A stretch of DNA of 64,000 nt from an uncultured Prevotellaceae bacterium. GTDB taxonomy: Bacteria; Bacteroidota; Bacteroidia; Bacteroidales; Bacteroidaceae. Each line of letters starts with the position of its first letter. The first letter of the stretch is position 1. Below are positions 36,697 through 46,564 of this stretch, one piece after another. The DNA is taken from positions 481-64,480 of the forward strand of contig CAMJFC010000009.1 in the NCBI GenBank assembly GCA_946404865.1, in the 5' to 3' direction. The position numbers and the translations under genes were made by a program. Under the pieces are notes generated by a model that had not been told where the DNA came from, made no database searches, and saw only the letters and a program-made list of their open reading frames with translations.

Positions 36697-36710
36697 AAAT
36701 ACGAATCTTT

Positions 36711-37331
36711 TTATAGCGTTAATCGATAGCCAAGGTCAATCTGTATGACTTGGCTTTTCTCTTTGAAATAGTCGGAATCTTTAAACACGCGGGTCAGCCC
36801 CCAGTTGTAGCGCATGCCCAGCATCAGCCGCTGATACTCGAACTGCACACCGATAGGGATGGAGAAATCCACACTGTTGAACGAAGACGCCTCTGTCACT
36901 CCGTGGTCGCCGTAGGCTATGCCCACATTGTCGCCCATGAGAAATCCCGCTTGCGCTCCGACACGAAACGCCAGTTGAGGGGTGACATAAAAATTGGCCA
37001 TCAACGGCACATTGAGGTAGTCAAGACCCACCTCGGCTCCCTTCAAATCATGGTCGGTGCCCTCGTGGGCATACATCAGCCCAAGACTCACACCGATATT
37101 CGGGTGTGCCATATACTCACCCTCAACTCCGACAGAGAAACCCGGTCCGAACTTCGCCTTGTTCTCGCTGTCTTTTCCGACATCAACGGAAGAATAGATG
37201 GTGTGGTCGGAGAATTTGGATAACACTACGCCCACCTTGGGGATGAGAGAGAACGAACCTGCCACAGGTGCCTGAGCACTGACGGTCAGCACCGCCGTCA
37301 AAAACAAAAATGCTACTAATATCTTTTTCAT
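36711..37331 (-). CDS. Outer-membrane 8-stranded beta-barrel (porin family) protein
   Basis: Signal peptide; IPKVG, YLNVPLM, DFSIPIG, RYNWGL, terminal GYRL. Confidence 0.85.
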   Translation of the reverse strand: MKKILVAFLFLTAVLTVSAQAPVAGSFSLIPKVGVVLSKFSDHTIYSSVDVGKDSENKAKFGPGFSVGVEGEYMAHPNIGVSLGLMYAHEGTDHDLKGAEVGLDYLNVPLMANFYVTPQLAFRVGAQAGFLMGDNVGIAYGDHGVTEASSFNSVDFSIPIGVQFEYQRLMLGMRYNWGLTRVFKDSDYFKEKSQVIQIDLGYRLTL

Positions 37332-37347
37332 ATTTTTACTAATTGAT

Positions 37348-37445
37348 AGGAGTGTAGGAGTTTGGGAGTTTGGGAGTTTGGACAATAGTCCATTTATTGA
37401 GTAATCATAACGTTCAACGTTCAACGTTCAATGTTCAACGTTCAA
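37348..37445. repeat. Octamer plus heptamer repeat tract
   Basis: (TRGGAGTK)x4 and (TCAAYGT)x5. Confidence 0.8.
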
Positions 37446-38146
37446 AGCCGATACCCTACGGTGAAGTGGAAGACAGAGTTGCGCGAGGGGAAGAGATTGT
37501 CATCGAACACCTTGGTGAGACCGAAATTGTAACGCACATCCACAATGACGCGCTCGTATTCGTAAGATATACCTACGGGAATGGAAACATCCACTGTCTG
37601 GTAATTGTCCCACTCGTCGCTGACATCATCGTTGGCAGTGGCTTTCAACGTACCATCGGCCTGTTTCTCAAAAGTGGTGGTTTCGCTCTTCATGCGGTTA
37701 GCCAGAAGGAATCCCGCCTGCACGCCCGCCTTGACAGCAAACCCAGGGAAGAGATAACGGCTGACCATGACGGGAACATTGAGATAATGCAGGTCGGCAT
37801 GCATGTCCTCCACACCTGTCAACGTGCCATTCTGGTTGTCGGCGATGTAATCGGGTACATACATACCTTGCAGCGAATAGAACAGCCCGGCGGATGCGGC
37901 CCATTCGTCACTGACCTGGTATTCCACATCGGCGCCGGCTGTCACACCGCCTTTGAGTTTGGCTCCTTTGAGCGACTCTTTATAATAGTCTGTTCCCTCA
38001 GTGACAGTGGCGGCCCAGTCAAAGTTGGTGACTTTAGCCCATGTCATACCCACCTTTGGGATGATGGAGAATTTACCGACAGGAGATTGCGCCCATCCCG
38101 CCATCGAGACGAGTGCCAAGGCCAGCATCAAAAAAATCCGTTTCAT
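37442..38146 (-). CDS. Outer-membrane beta-barrel protein, paralog of 36711..37331
   Basis: Shares FSIIPKVG, YLNVP, AGVQAGFL, SIPVG, RYNFGL, GYRL. Confidence 0.85.
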   Translation of the reverse strand: MKRIFLMLALALVSMAGWAQSPVGKFSIIPKVGMTWAKVTNFDWAATVTEGTDYYKESLKGAKLKGGVTAGADVEYQVSDEWAASAGLFYSLQGMYVPDYIADNQNGTLTGVEDMHADLHYLNVPVMVSRYLFPGFAVKAGVQAGFLLANRMKSETTTFEKQADGTLKATANDDVSDEWDNYQTVDVSIPVGISYEYERVIVDVRYNFGLTKVFDDNLFPSRNSVFHFTVGYRL

Positions 38147-38448
38147 AAACAGTAAATTATGTATTTTTTCACTGTTTATAAAACGGATGCATATTCCCTT
38201 TATTGCCTTTAACAGAATATTTATACCCACCCTGATTTGACATTTGAGACAGGAAAAACACTTTTCACGAACTGTACCTTGGTCAAAAGTTGCTTAAAGT
38301 AGCTTCAATCAAAACCTGGAAAATAATTTGATTGACTAATGATGTATTTTTAAAACTTTTTTATAACTTTGCAGCAGACTTGCACTCGCAGGTGTTTTTT
38401 TGTTACTATTGGGATGTTTTAACTACATTTACAGCAAAATTTGAGAAG

Positions 38449-39054
38449 ATGGAAAGAACGGGCGAAGTAATAGGTAGAACGATGCAACCTTTTGACTTTA
38501 TGGATACTGAAGACAATACAGGCGGCTTCTTTTTTTCCAAGGCATCTAATAAGGTTATCGATATGAACAGATTATCAGTTACGGGAACTATTAGCCCTAA
38601 AGGAATACGGTCTACTGTTTATGGAGCAAGCGCATCAGAAATTGTTAATTGGGGATTAGTATTATTCTCTTTGGTTCAAAAATATTCCTCCGTTGGTACA
38701 GTAATTGGAAGTCTTTTTTTATTGGCTGAATTGTCAGAAAACGGAGCTCCTTTTGACATCAAGACATCTTTGGGGTTAGATGCCTATACTCCAGTACGAG
38801 TAAGGAATGTAAATGGTTTACCTATGATAACCACATTACGTGCAGTGGGTAACATGATGTTTGGAGCAAATTTAAGGAGTCTAAAGCCAATGGCATTCTC
38901 CGAGTCCCTATTCTACAGCTCAATCATGCCGTTAGTAGGACATTATAATCAGAAGTCTAATGGAGGTAACGGATATAACTCGTTTTATCCCTATTATGGT
39001 GAACACGAGTACTCTGGAAGTTATATAAAACATGGATATTTCGGACATTTTTAG
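38449..39054 (+). CDS. Orphan polymorphic-toxin C-terminal domain, Ntox44-like
   Basis: AT-rich; FDIK, VGNMMFG, YGEHEYSGSYIKHG resemble the DxK / GNxxxG / YGD..D...I..G pattern; start codon uncertain. Confidence 0.55.
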   Translation: MERTGEVIGRTMQPFDFMDTEDNTGGFFFSKASNKVIDMNRLSVTGTISPKGIRSTVYGASASEIVNWGLVLFSLVQKYSSVGTVIGSLFLLAELSENGAPFDIKTSLGLDAYTPVRVRNVNGLPMITTLRAVGNMMFGANLRSLKPMAFSESLFYSSIMPLVGHYNQKSNGGNGYNSFYPYYGEHEYSGSYIKHGYFGHF

Positions 39055-39068
39055 TAAAGAACATTATA

Positions 39069-39551
39069 ATGAAAACAAGTAGGATTACTATATATATCTT
39101 TGGCTTTATCTTAGTGGTATGTATTATCATTTACGCTATCTACCGACTGTGCCTTATGTGGATATTTGATTTGGACGAGACAATTCTGACATATAAAAAC
39201 AAAGACGGAAAAGAATTGACATGGATTGATCGGAAAGGAATATTAGATGCGCAAGAAAGATCGACCATCAAATTAGATAGTTGTGGCCATTCTGATACTA
39301 TTGAAATATATTATAACATTCATTCCATGACCCTTGGAGACACGTTAATTGTAAACCTTGATTCGCTGGCCTATGTATGCAGCCCTATGGCTGTTGATAA
39401 ACTGAAATGTCATGGTATCGGGGTTGTTGTTACAAAGGAATACACACGTCACAATAGGTCTCTCCGCTACATTGTTGAGGATGCTAAAAGTGGAGGTGAA
39501 TGGCCTAGTGAAGAGAGTAAAGAATTCTATCGTAAAAGATTTCCAAGATAA
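39069..39551 (+). CDS. Putative cognate immunity protein, membrane-anchored
   Basis: AT-rich; 14 bp after the toxin-like ORF; single N-terminal TM helix. Confidence 0.5.
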   Translation: MKTSRITIYIFGFILVVCIIIYAIYRLCLMWIFDLDETILTYKNKDGKELTWIDRKGILDAQERSTIKLDSCGHSDTIEIYYNIHSMTLGDTLIVNLDSLAYVCSPMAVDKLKCHGIGVVVTKEYTRHNRSLRYIVEDAKSGGEWPSEESKEFYRKRFPR

Positions 39552-39678
39552 CTATAAACGGGCCCAACAGGGATTGTCCGTGGCCGACCGCTCAAACGAC
39601 GACCCCACCTATGAGGGCGCGATGCAGTCACAGACAATGCCGACGAGACTACAGAGTATGAATTTGACCAAAACGGAA
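39552..39678 (+). pseudogene. Frameshifted RHS-core fragment
   Basis: Reads LSVADRSNDDPTYEGAMQ, then after a 1-nt shift TDNADETTEYEFDQNG, matching the Bacteroidetes RHS motif L..V.D.....Y....F.D.A....EY.YD.NG. Confidence 0.65.
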
Positions 39679-39727
39679 GCCCCTTGCAGGGAGGGGAGTA
39701 GATAGCACGGCGATCGCGATAAATGGC

Positions 39728-39751
39728 GGACAGGTCACGCCCTGTCCCTAC
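39728..39751 (-). repeat. GTAG-type REP-like palindrome
   Basis: Reverse complement GTAG-GGACAGG-GCGTGA-CCTGTCC. Confidence 0.6.
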
Positions 39752-39766
39752 TTACAAGCACTAAAT

Positions 39767-39881
39767 GGGGCAGGGAGCAGGGGGCAGGGGGCAGGAGATA
39801 TGCCAAGAACACTCAACACTCAACCTTAAACTTTAAACTTCACCCCTTAAACCCTAAACTTTAAACTTTAAACCCTAAACC
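39767..39881 (+). repeat. Composite heptamer repeat element, copy 3
   Basis: (GGGGCAG)n - GAGATATGCCAAGAAC (39795-39810) - (YYTAAAC)n, abutting the typA stop. Confidence 0.85.
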
Positions 39882-41687
39882 TTAAACCTCCTTGTTGGCG
39901 CGTTTGCGCTCCAGATGGTCAAGGATGACTTTGCGCATACGGATGGCTTTGGGCGTACACTCCACATACTCGTCGCCCTTGATGTATTCGAGCGACTCTT
40001 CGAGCGAGAGTACCACCTTGGGGATGATGTGCGCCTTCTCGTCGCTGCCCGACGCACGCACGTTGGTCAACTGCTTGGCCTTGGTGACGTTGATGACCAA
40101 GTCGTTGTCGTGTACATGTTCACCCACCACTTGTCCGGCATAGACCTCCTCGCCCGGGTCGATGAAGAACTTGCCGCGGTCTTGCAGTTTATCGATACTG
40201 TAGGCGTAAGCGGTACCCGTCTCCATGGCAATCATCGAACCGTTGACACGGCGTTCGATGTCGCCCTTATAGGGTTGGTATTCCTTGAAGCGGTGAGCCA
40301 TGATGGCCTCGCCTTGTGAGGCAGTCAGCACATTGGTACGCAGTCCGATGATGCCGCGCGAGGGCATGTCGAACTCAATGTTGGTACGCTCACCCTGCGA
40401 TTCCATTGAGGTCATCTCGCCCTTGCGGCGTGTCACCATGTCAATCATTTTCGAGGCATACACCTCGGGCACGTTGATGGTCAACTCCTCAATGGGCTCG
40501 CAGCGCACACCGTCAATCTCCTTGTAGATAACCTGCGGCTGTCCCACCTGCAGTTCATACCCTTCGCGGCGCATGGTCTCGATGAGCACGGAGAGGTGGA
40601 GCACACCGCGTCCGCTGACAATCCACTTGTCGGTGGCATCGCCGAAGGGAGCCACTTGCAAGGCGAGGTTTTTCTCCAATTCCTTCTGCAGGCGGTCGTT
40701 GATATGGCGCGAGGTGCAGTATTTGCCCTCCTTGCCGAAGAACGGAGAGTCATTGATGGTGAAGAGCATCGACATGGTGGGTTCGTCGATGGCGATGGGC
40801 GGCAGCGGGTCGGGATTTTCAAAATCGCAGATGGTGTCGCCAATCTCGAATCTCTCCAGTCCGATGATGGCACAGATGTCGCCACCCTGCACCTCATGTG
40901 TTTTCACATGTCCCATGCCCTCGAAGGTGTGCAACTCCTTGATTTTGGTCTTCTCCATCGAGCCGTCGCGGTGCGCCACGGTGATGTTCATACCCTCGGT
41001 GAGCGTGCCGCGGTGAACGCGTCCCACGGCAATACGACCTGTATAGGAGGAGTAGTCGAGCGAGGTGATGAGCATCTGGGGTGATCCCTCGCTGACCGTG
41101 GGTGCGGGTATCACCTCCACGATTTTGTCGAGCAGGTAGGTGATATTGTCGGTCGGTGTGTTATAGTCCTCGCCCATCCATCCGTTTTTGGCAGAGCCAT
41201 AGACCACGGGGAAGTCGAGTTGGTCTTCGGTGGCATTGAGCGAGAACATCAGGTCGAACACCATCTCATACACCTCTTCGGGGCGGCAGTTGGGTTTGTC
41301 CACCTTGTTCACCACCACGATGGGTTTGAGGCCGATTTGCAAGGCTTTCTGCAAGACAAAGCGTGTCTGCGGCATGGGGCCTTCGAAGGCATCGACGAGC
41401 AACAGACAACCGTCGGCCATATTGAGCACGCGCTCCACTTCGCCGCCGAAGTCGGAGTGTCCCGGAGTGTCGATGATATTGATTTTTGTGCCTTTATAGT
41501 TGATGGACACATTTTTTGAGAGGATAGTGATTCCTCGTTCGCGCTCTAAGTCGTTGTTATCCAGTACTTGGCTGCTCAAATTCTGTCCCTCTCTGAAGAG
41601 GTTGCCAGCCAACATCATTTTATCGACCAGGGTTGTTTTTCCGTGGTCAACGTGCGCAATAATCGCAATGTTTCTAATGTCTTGCAT
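39882..41687 (-). CDS. typA: Translational GTPase TypA/BipA
   Basis: [51 protein letters not shown]. Confidence 0.98.
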   Translation of the reverse strand: MQDIRNIAIIAHVDHGKTTLVDKMMLAGNLFREGQNLSSQVLDNNDLERERGITILSKNVSINYKGTKINIIDTPGHSDFGGEVERVLNMADGCLLLVDAFEGPMPQTRFVLQKALQIGLKPIVVVNKVDKPNCRPEEVYEMVFDLMFSLNATEDQLDFPVVYGSAKNGWMGEDYNTPTDNITYLLDKIVEVIPAPTVSEGSPQMLITSLDYSSYTGRIAVGRVHRGTLTEGMNITVAHRDGSMEKTKIKELHTFEGMGHVKTHEVQGGDICAIIGLERFEIGDTICDFENPDPLPPIAIDEPTMSMLFTINDSPFFGKEGKYCTSRHINDRLQKELEKNLALQVAPFGDATDKWIVSGRGVLHLSVLIETMRREGYELQVGQPQVIYKEIDGVRCEPIEELTINVPEVYASKMIDMVTRRKGEMTSMESQGERTNIEFDMPSRGIIGLRTNVLTASQGEAIMAHRFKEYQPYKGDIERRVNGSMIAMETGTAYAYSIDKLQDRGKFFIDPGEEVYAGQVVGEHVHDNDLVINVTKAKQLTNVRASGSDEKAHIIPKVVLSLEESLEYIKGDEYVECTPKAIRMRKVILDHLERKRANKEV

Positions 41688-41830
41688 CTTACTTACCTTA
41701 AATCGGGTGCAAAGGTACGGAATAATTCACAATTCACAATTCATTATTCACAATTATTTCTAATTTTGGATTTCATATTTCATATTTCGGATTTATTCTT
41801 TATCTTTGCACCGAAAAAACAGCCACCACG

Positions 41831-42199
41831 ATGAAGATCATTAGAAACAATTTGTTGCCCGGGAAGAACTATGCCGCCATCAACCTCTTCGGCGTGCTCT
41901 TCTGCCACCACGATACGGTCATCTCGCCTGTGCTGGTGAACCATGAGCGCATCCATACCCGGCAGATGATTGAGATGGGATTCATCTTCTTCTATTTGTG
42001 GTATCTGGCCGAATGGTTTGTCCGTATGTTCATGAAGGGTTCTGCCTATTACAACATATCGTTTGAACGCGAGGCTTACCTGCATGACGATGAACTTGAC
42101 TATTTGAAACATCGCCGGTTGTATGCGTGGTGGCCATTGATGAAACGCAAAAAACTGGAACGAGCAAAAGAGATGAAACGAAAAAAACATAACCAATGA
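41831..42199 (+). CDS. Small HExxH putative zinc metallopeptidase-like protein
   Basis: NHERIHTRQ...AYYNISFEREAY; stop overlaps the OPT start (ATGA). Confidence 0.7.
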   Translation: MKIIRNNLLPGKNYAAINLFGVLFCHHDTVISPVLVNHERIHTRQMIEMGFIFFYLWYLAEWFVRMFMKGSAYYNISFEREAYLHDDELDYLKHRRLYAWWPLMKRKKLERAKEMKRKKHNQ

Positions 42200-44190
42200 A
42201 AGAATTAGAGCAAGAACAAGATGTGATGCAAATGCCCGAGAACGCGTTTCGGGAATTGCATGAGGGCGAAGAATATCAACCTGTGATGTCGCCCAACAAG
42301 ACGTATGCCGAGGCCAACGGATGGTCGATTACTTGGGGTATTCTGATGGCTATCCTCTTCTCCGCCGCCGCAGCCTACTTGGGGCTGAAGGTGGGTCAGG
42401 TGTTCGAGGCCGCCATCCCCATCGCCATCATCGCGGTGGGCGTGTCCACCCTGCGCAGAAAGCATAACCCACTGGGCGAAAACGTCATCATACAAAGTAT
42501 CGGTGCCTGTTCGGGGGCTGTGGTGGCAGGTGCCATCTTCACACTACCCGCCATCTATATCCTTCAAGCGAAATACCCAGAGATGACCGCCTCGTTTGAG
42601 AAAGTCTTCTTCTCGTCGCTGTTGGGCGGTATCATCGGCATCCTCTTCCTCATCCCTTTCCGTAAGTATTTCGTGAAGGACATGCACGGCAAATATCCCT
42701 TCCCCGAGGCCACGGCCACCACTCAGGTGCTGATATCGGGTGCCAAGGGCGGCAACCAAGCCAAGCCGTTGCTCATCGCAGGTCTGATTGGCGGTCTGTA
42801 CGACTTTATCGTGGCCACCTTCGGATGGTGGAGTGAGACCGTGACCACCCGCATGGTGGATTTCGGTGAAACGATTGCCGAGAAAGCCAAACTGGTGTTC
42901 AAGGTGAACACGGGCGCGGCGGTGCTGGGCCTGGGCTACATCATCGGTCTGAAATACGCGTTCATCATCTGCCTGGGTTCTTTGGCTGTTTGGTGGGTCA
43001 TCGTACCACTGATGGGACTGTTCTTCCACGACCAGGTACTGAACATGTGGGATCCGACCATCACCGACACGGTGGGAGCGATGAGCCCCGAAGCCATTTT
43101 CAAGTCGTATGGAAAGAGCATAGGTATTGGCGGCATCGCCATGTCGGGCATCATCGGCATCATCAAATCGTGGGGCATCATCCGTGGTGCCGTGTCATTA
43201 GCAGCGAAAGAGATGAAAGGTAAGGGTGGCAGCATGGAAGAGGTGCAGCGTACACAACGTGACCTGTCCTTCAAGATTATCGCCATCGGTGCCATCGTGA
43301 CCATCCTTGTCACCTTCCTCTTCTTCTGGTTGGGCGTGATGGAAGGCAACCTGCTCTTTGCCGTGGTAGGCATCCTGTTGGTAACCATCATCGCGTTCCT
43401 CTTCACTACGGTGGCAGCCAATGCCATCGCCATCGTAGGTAGCAACCCTGTGTCGGGCATGACACTGATGACGCTCATCCTGGCATCCGTGGTGATGGTG
43501 GCTGTGGGACTGAAAGGTACTGCAGGCATGGTGGCTGCGCTCATCATGGGTGGTGTGGTTTGTACGGCACTGTCAGTGGCCGGTTCGTTCATCACTGACC
43601 TGAAAATCGGTTATTGGCTCGGCACAACGCCAAAGGTGCAGGAACGCTTTAAGTTCCTCGGCGTTTTAGTGTCAGCAGCCACCGTGGGTGGAGTGATGAT
43701 GCTTCTCAATGCCACGTACGACTTCGCTGGCGGTGAGATAGCTGCCCCCCAAGCAAATGCCATGGCGGCGGTGATTGACCCGCTGATGAATGGTGTGGGC
43801 GCGCCCTGGCTGCTCTACGGCATCGGAGCAGCCCTGGCCGTGGTGCTGACGCTGTGCAAAGTGCCTGCGCTGGCTTTCGCGCTGGGTATGTTCATTCCGC
43901 TCGAGCTCAATATCCCGCTTTTGGTGGGCGGTGCCATCAACTGGTATGTGACCACTCGGTCGAAAGATGAGGAAGTGAACAAAGAACGCGGTGAGAAAGG
44001 CACGCTCCTTGCCAGCGGATTCATCGCCGGAGGTGCGCTAATGGGTGTGGTGAGTGCGTTGCTCAAGTTTGGCGGCTTCGACTTTATCAACAAGACATGG
44101 CAAGCAGACCCGATGTGTGAGTTCTGTGGACTGGCCGCCTATTTCTGCCTCATCGTCTACTTCATTTGGGCAACAATGAGAAAAAAGTAA
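42196..44190 (+). CDS. OPT family oligopeptide transporter
   Basis: YLGLKVG, ENVIIQS, PFPEATA, SNPVSG, DLKIGYWLG, APQANAMA. Confidence 0.95.
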   Translation: MKELEQEQDVMQMPENAFRELHEGEEYQPVMSPNKTYAEANGWSITWGILMAILFSAAAAYLGLKVGQVFEAAIPIAIIAVGVSTLRRKHNPLGENVIIQSIGACSGAVVAGAIFTLPAIYILQAKYPEMTASFEKVFFSSLLGGIIGILFLIPFRKYFVKDMHGKYPFPEATATTQVLISGAKGGNQAKPLLIAGLIGGLYDFIVATFGWWSETVTTRMVDFGETIAEKAKLVFKVNTGAAVLGLGYIIGLKYAFIICLGSLAVWWVIVPLMGLFFHDQVLNMWDPTITDTVGAMSPEAIFKSYGKSIGIGGIAMSGIIGIIKSWGIIRGAVSLAAKEMKGKGGSMEEVQRTQRDLSFKIIAIGAIVTILVTFLFFWLGVMEGNLLFAVVGILLVTIIAFLFTTVAANAIAIVGSNPVSGMTLMTLILASVVMVAVGLKGTAGMVAALIMGGVVCTALSVAGSFITDLKIGYWLGTTPKVQERFKFLGVLVSAATVGGVMMLLNATYDFAGGEIAAPQANAMAAVIDPLMNGVGAPWLLYGIGAALAVVLTLCKVPALAFALGMFIPLELNIPLLVGGAINWYVTTRSKDEEVNKERGEKGTLLASGFIAGGALMGVVSALLKFGGFDFINKTWQADPMCEFCGLAAYFCLIVYFIWATMRKK

Positions 44191-44230
44191 AAAAGTAAAA
44201 AAGTAAAGGAGTAAAGAATAAAGGAATTGT

Positions 44231-44386
44231 ACTTTCGGAAGTTAAAGAAGTTAAAGGACAATAGTCAAAGTATTGCTGTTCCTTGATGTATTCAAGAGGG
44301 GGGTGAATAATGTCCTTTAACTTCCTAAGCGAAGCGATAACTTCTTTAACTACTTAAATTCCAAGAATTTGAGAACTTCCGAAAGT
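44231..44386. mobile_element. MITE-like non-autonomous element, 156 bp
   Basis: Perfect 13-bp terminal inverted repeats ACTTTCGGAAGTT/AACTTCCGAAAGT; internal IR AAGTTAAAGGACA/TGTCCTTTAACTT; partial second copy at 62906. Confidence 0.6.
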
Positions 44387-44414
44387 TGAGTAAAGGTGTA
44401 ATCATCATCAATCC

Positions 44415-44440
44415 GTTGGGGCGGGTCTCTGTGCCCGCCC
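44415..44440 (+). repeat. REP-like palindrome
   Basis: GTTG-GGGCGGG-TCTCTGTG-CCCGCCC. Confidence 0.55.
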
Positions 44441-44516
44441 TCACAAGGGACATCATTGTTTAGCCCCACTCCCGTCATTGCATGAATGTCAGTTCAACAT
44501 TCAGTAATCACCGAAG

Positions 44517-44555
44517 GCGACAATTTTTCGGACCGAGTCCTCAACAACTCGTCAA
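44517..44555 (+). repeat. 39-bp dispersed repeat, copy 2
   Basis: GCGACAATTTTTCGGACCGAGTCCTCAACAACTCGTCAA. Confidence 0.9.
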
Positions 44556-44579
44556 CACTCAACACTCGAAATTCAACAT

Positions 44580-45473
44580 TCACCTCAGTGAGAGCGTCTT
44601 GGCGTATTTGTTTTTGAGGGTTCCTTTGTACTTTGGCAGATGCGTTTCGTAATTGCGAAACTTCGATTTGTGCGTGGGGCGTTCCATTTTAATAATGTGG
44701 GGTGCATCTGGACGGTTCATCCAGTCCACCACCTTGTCAATCCACACGGCACTCGCGGCAAAAGTAGGATGGATATTGTCCGGGAAGCGTGCAAGACGCT
44801 CGTAATAACTGTCATAGAAATGTGCGGTACCGATGGTCTCGCGCAACATCCCCACAATACCGAAATCTTTATTGAGTTTTGGCAGTTTGGCAGGACCAAT
44901 CCACACGTAGGGGATATCGCCAACCACACTCAGAATCTCGCGCACGCTCTCTTTACGTGCCTGAAGGTCGTGATACCCTAAATCATTGGTACCCAAACTG
45001 ATGATAACGAAAGTAGGCTTCACCTTGTCCATCAACCGGTCCAGTTCAGTGGTTCGTGCCCACATGTGCGTCGTGGAACCATACCAGATAGACGTGTAGA
45101 GCGTGTGTCCGTTTTGGTCGGCATAATCTTGGAAGCGCCGCCCCACCCCATCGAGCATCGAGTCGCCGAAGAGCAGGATGCGCTGTGGACTCTCATCCAC
45201 TTGCACCGTGGTGTTGGTCGTTGTATTCTCATACACCTTCACCACCCCATTGTTACGGGCGGTATTGGCATACTCCACATCCAGTCCCTCGTTGTCAAAA
45301 GAGGAAACCTTCCCTTCTTCATGGCGTTGAGCCGCCATGGAGTCGCTTTCAAGTTTGATATTGATGAGTTTGTCTAATTCTGCTTGAAATTCTTCAGTAT
45401 CGTACTGTTGTGCCTGAGCCATCGCACTGAATATCAGCACCATAGCCATCAGCGTAAGTTTTGTTTTGGTCAT
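44580..45473 (-). CDS. Secreted SGNH/GDSL hydrolase
   Basis: Signal peptide; FGDSM, LGTND, DNIHP. Confidence 0.88.
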   Translation of the reverse strand: MTKTKLTLMAMVLIFSAMAQAQQYDTEEFQAELDKLINIKLESDSMAAQRHEEGKVSSFDNEGLDVEYANTARNNGVVKVYENTTTNTTVQVDESPQRILLFGDSMLDGVGRRFQDYADQNGHTLYTSIWYGSTTHMWARTTELDRLMDKVKPTFVIISLGTNDLGYHDLQARKESVREILSVVGDIPYVWIGPAKLPKLNKDFGIVGMLRETIGTAHFYDSYYERLARFPDNIHPTFAASAVWIDKVVDWMNRPDAPHIIKMERPTHKSKFRNYETHLPKYKGTLKNKYAKTLSLR

Positions 45474-45570
45474 TATTCTATGTTATCCGTTCAAATTCGG
45501 GTGCAAAGTTACAGCATACAGCCAATATCGACTGCATTTCGCATTGTTTTTTACAAAAAGATAACAGAAA

Positions 45571-46533
45571 TTAAGCCTCAGCCTGTTCCTTGCGCCGCTG
45601 CCACAGTTCCACGCTGTTGATGCAGTTCTGCCAGAGGATGTAGCAACCGGGACCGACAGAGGAGAGGGGATTGAGGTAGGTATAGGCTATCCAAATGGCG
45701 AAGGCGGTATTCTTCTGTCCGAGCGCCTGACCCGCCTCAACCGTGCGACCGAAGAAATGACCCACATAACGGCCTACGGCAAACTGGATGACACACAGGA
45801 TTAAGCCCAGGAAGGCAATGAGCAACAGAAACGCCACCGATGTGTCGGCATGGACGATATTCTTCACTGTTGTGCCAGTGACAATGGTGAGCGACACGGC
45901 CCACATATAAAACGACAGGTCCTTGACACTGATGACCCATCGGTGAAAACGGTGCAGACGATGCTTCACAATATACGCCAGCCCCATGGGCAGGACAAGC
46001 ACCATACACACCTTATAAAGAATAAGCCAGAACGACGGCCAGAAACCGAGGTGGATGCTCTTGTCGATGAGCGGGAAGCACACCGGCACCAAAGCAGCCG
46101 TGATGAAATTGGTGATAAAAGTGTAGGTGGTCATCTCCTCAAGATTGCCACCCAGTTTGGTGGTGACCACGGCTGCGGCTGCAGCACAAGGACCGATGAT
46201 GCAAGTGAGGATGGCCTCAAGCAGGATGAGGTTGTCGCCCGTAATCTGGAAGACGATGATCGAGCCGACGATGACAAAGACGAAGAGCACTTGAAAGAGA
46301 GCCACCCATCCATGCCACGCCACGGGACGAAGACGGCGGAAATCTACCTTGCAGAAGGTGACGAAGAGGATGAGAAACATAAAGAGCGGGAGGATGGTGT
46401 CAAAAAACGGTTCCATCGCCTCGCCCGGAGCATCCAAAAAAGGCACAAAAGCGAACAACAGATAGACGACCGTGCCAAACAGCATGGCCACAGGCAAGGC
46501 CCAATCCCTTAAAACTCTGAGCACATTGAACAT
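45571..46533 (-). CDS. Bile acid:sodium symporter (BASS)-like transporter
   Basis: Multiple TM helices; GPCAAAAAVVT, GQALGQKNT. Confidence 0.85.
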   Translation of the reverse strand: MFNVLRVLRDWALPVAMLFGTVVYLLFAFVPFLDAPGEAMEPFFDTILPLFMFLILFVTFCKVDFRRLRPVAWHGWVALFQVLFVFVIVGSIIVFQITGDNLILLEAILTCIIGPCAAAAAVVTTKLGGNLEEMTTYTFITNFITAALVPVCFPLIDKSIHLGFWPSFWLILYKVCMVLVLPMGLAYIVKHRLHRFHRWVISVKDLSFYMWAVSLTIVTGTTVKNIVHADTSVAFLLLIAFLGLILCVIQFAVGRYVGHFFGRTVEAGQALGQKNTAFAIWIAYTYLNPLSSVGPGCYILWQNCINSVELWQRRKEQAEA

Positions 46534-46564
46534 GATGATTACTTTACGACGACAAACCTAATGT

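Noticed and set aside
39412-39705. 97-aa ORF as a real gene
   Set aside because: Chimeric read-through of the immunity gene's alternative frame and the RHS remnant
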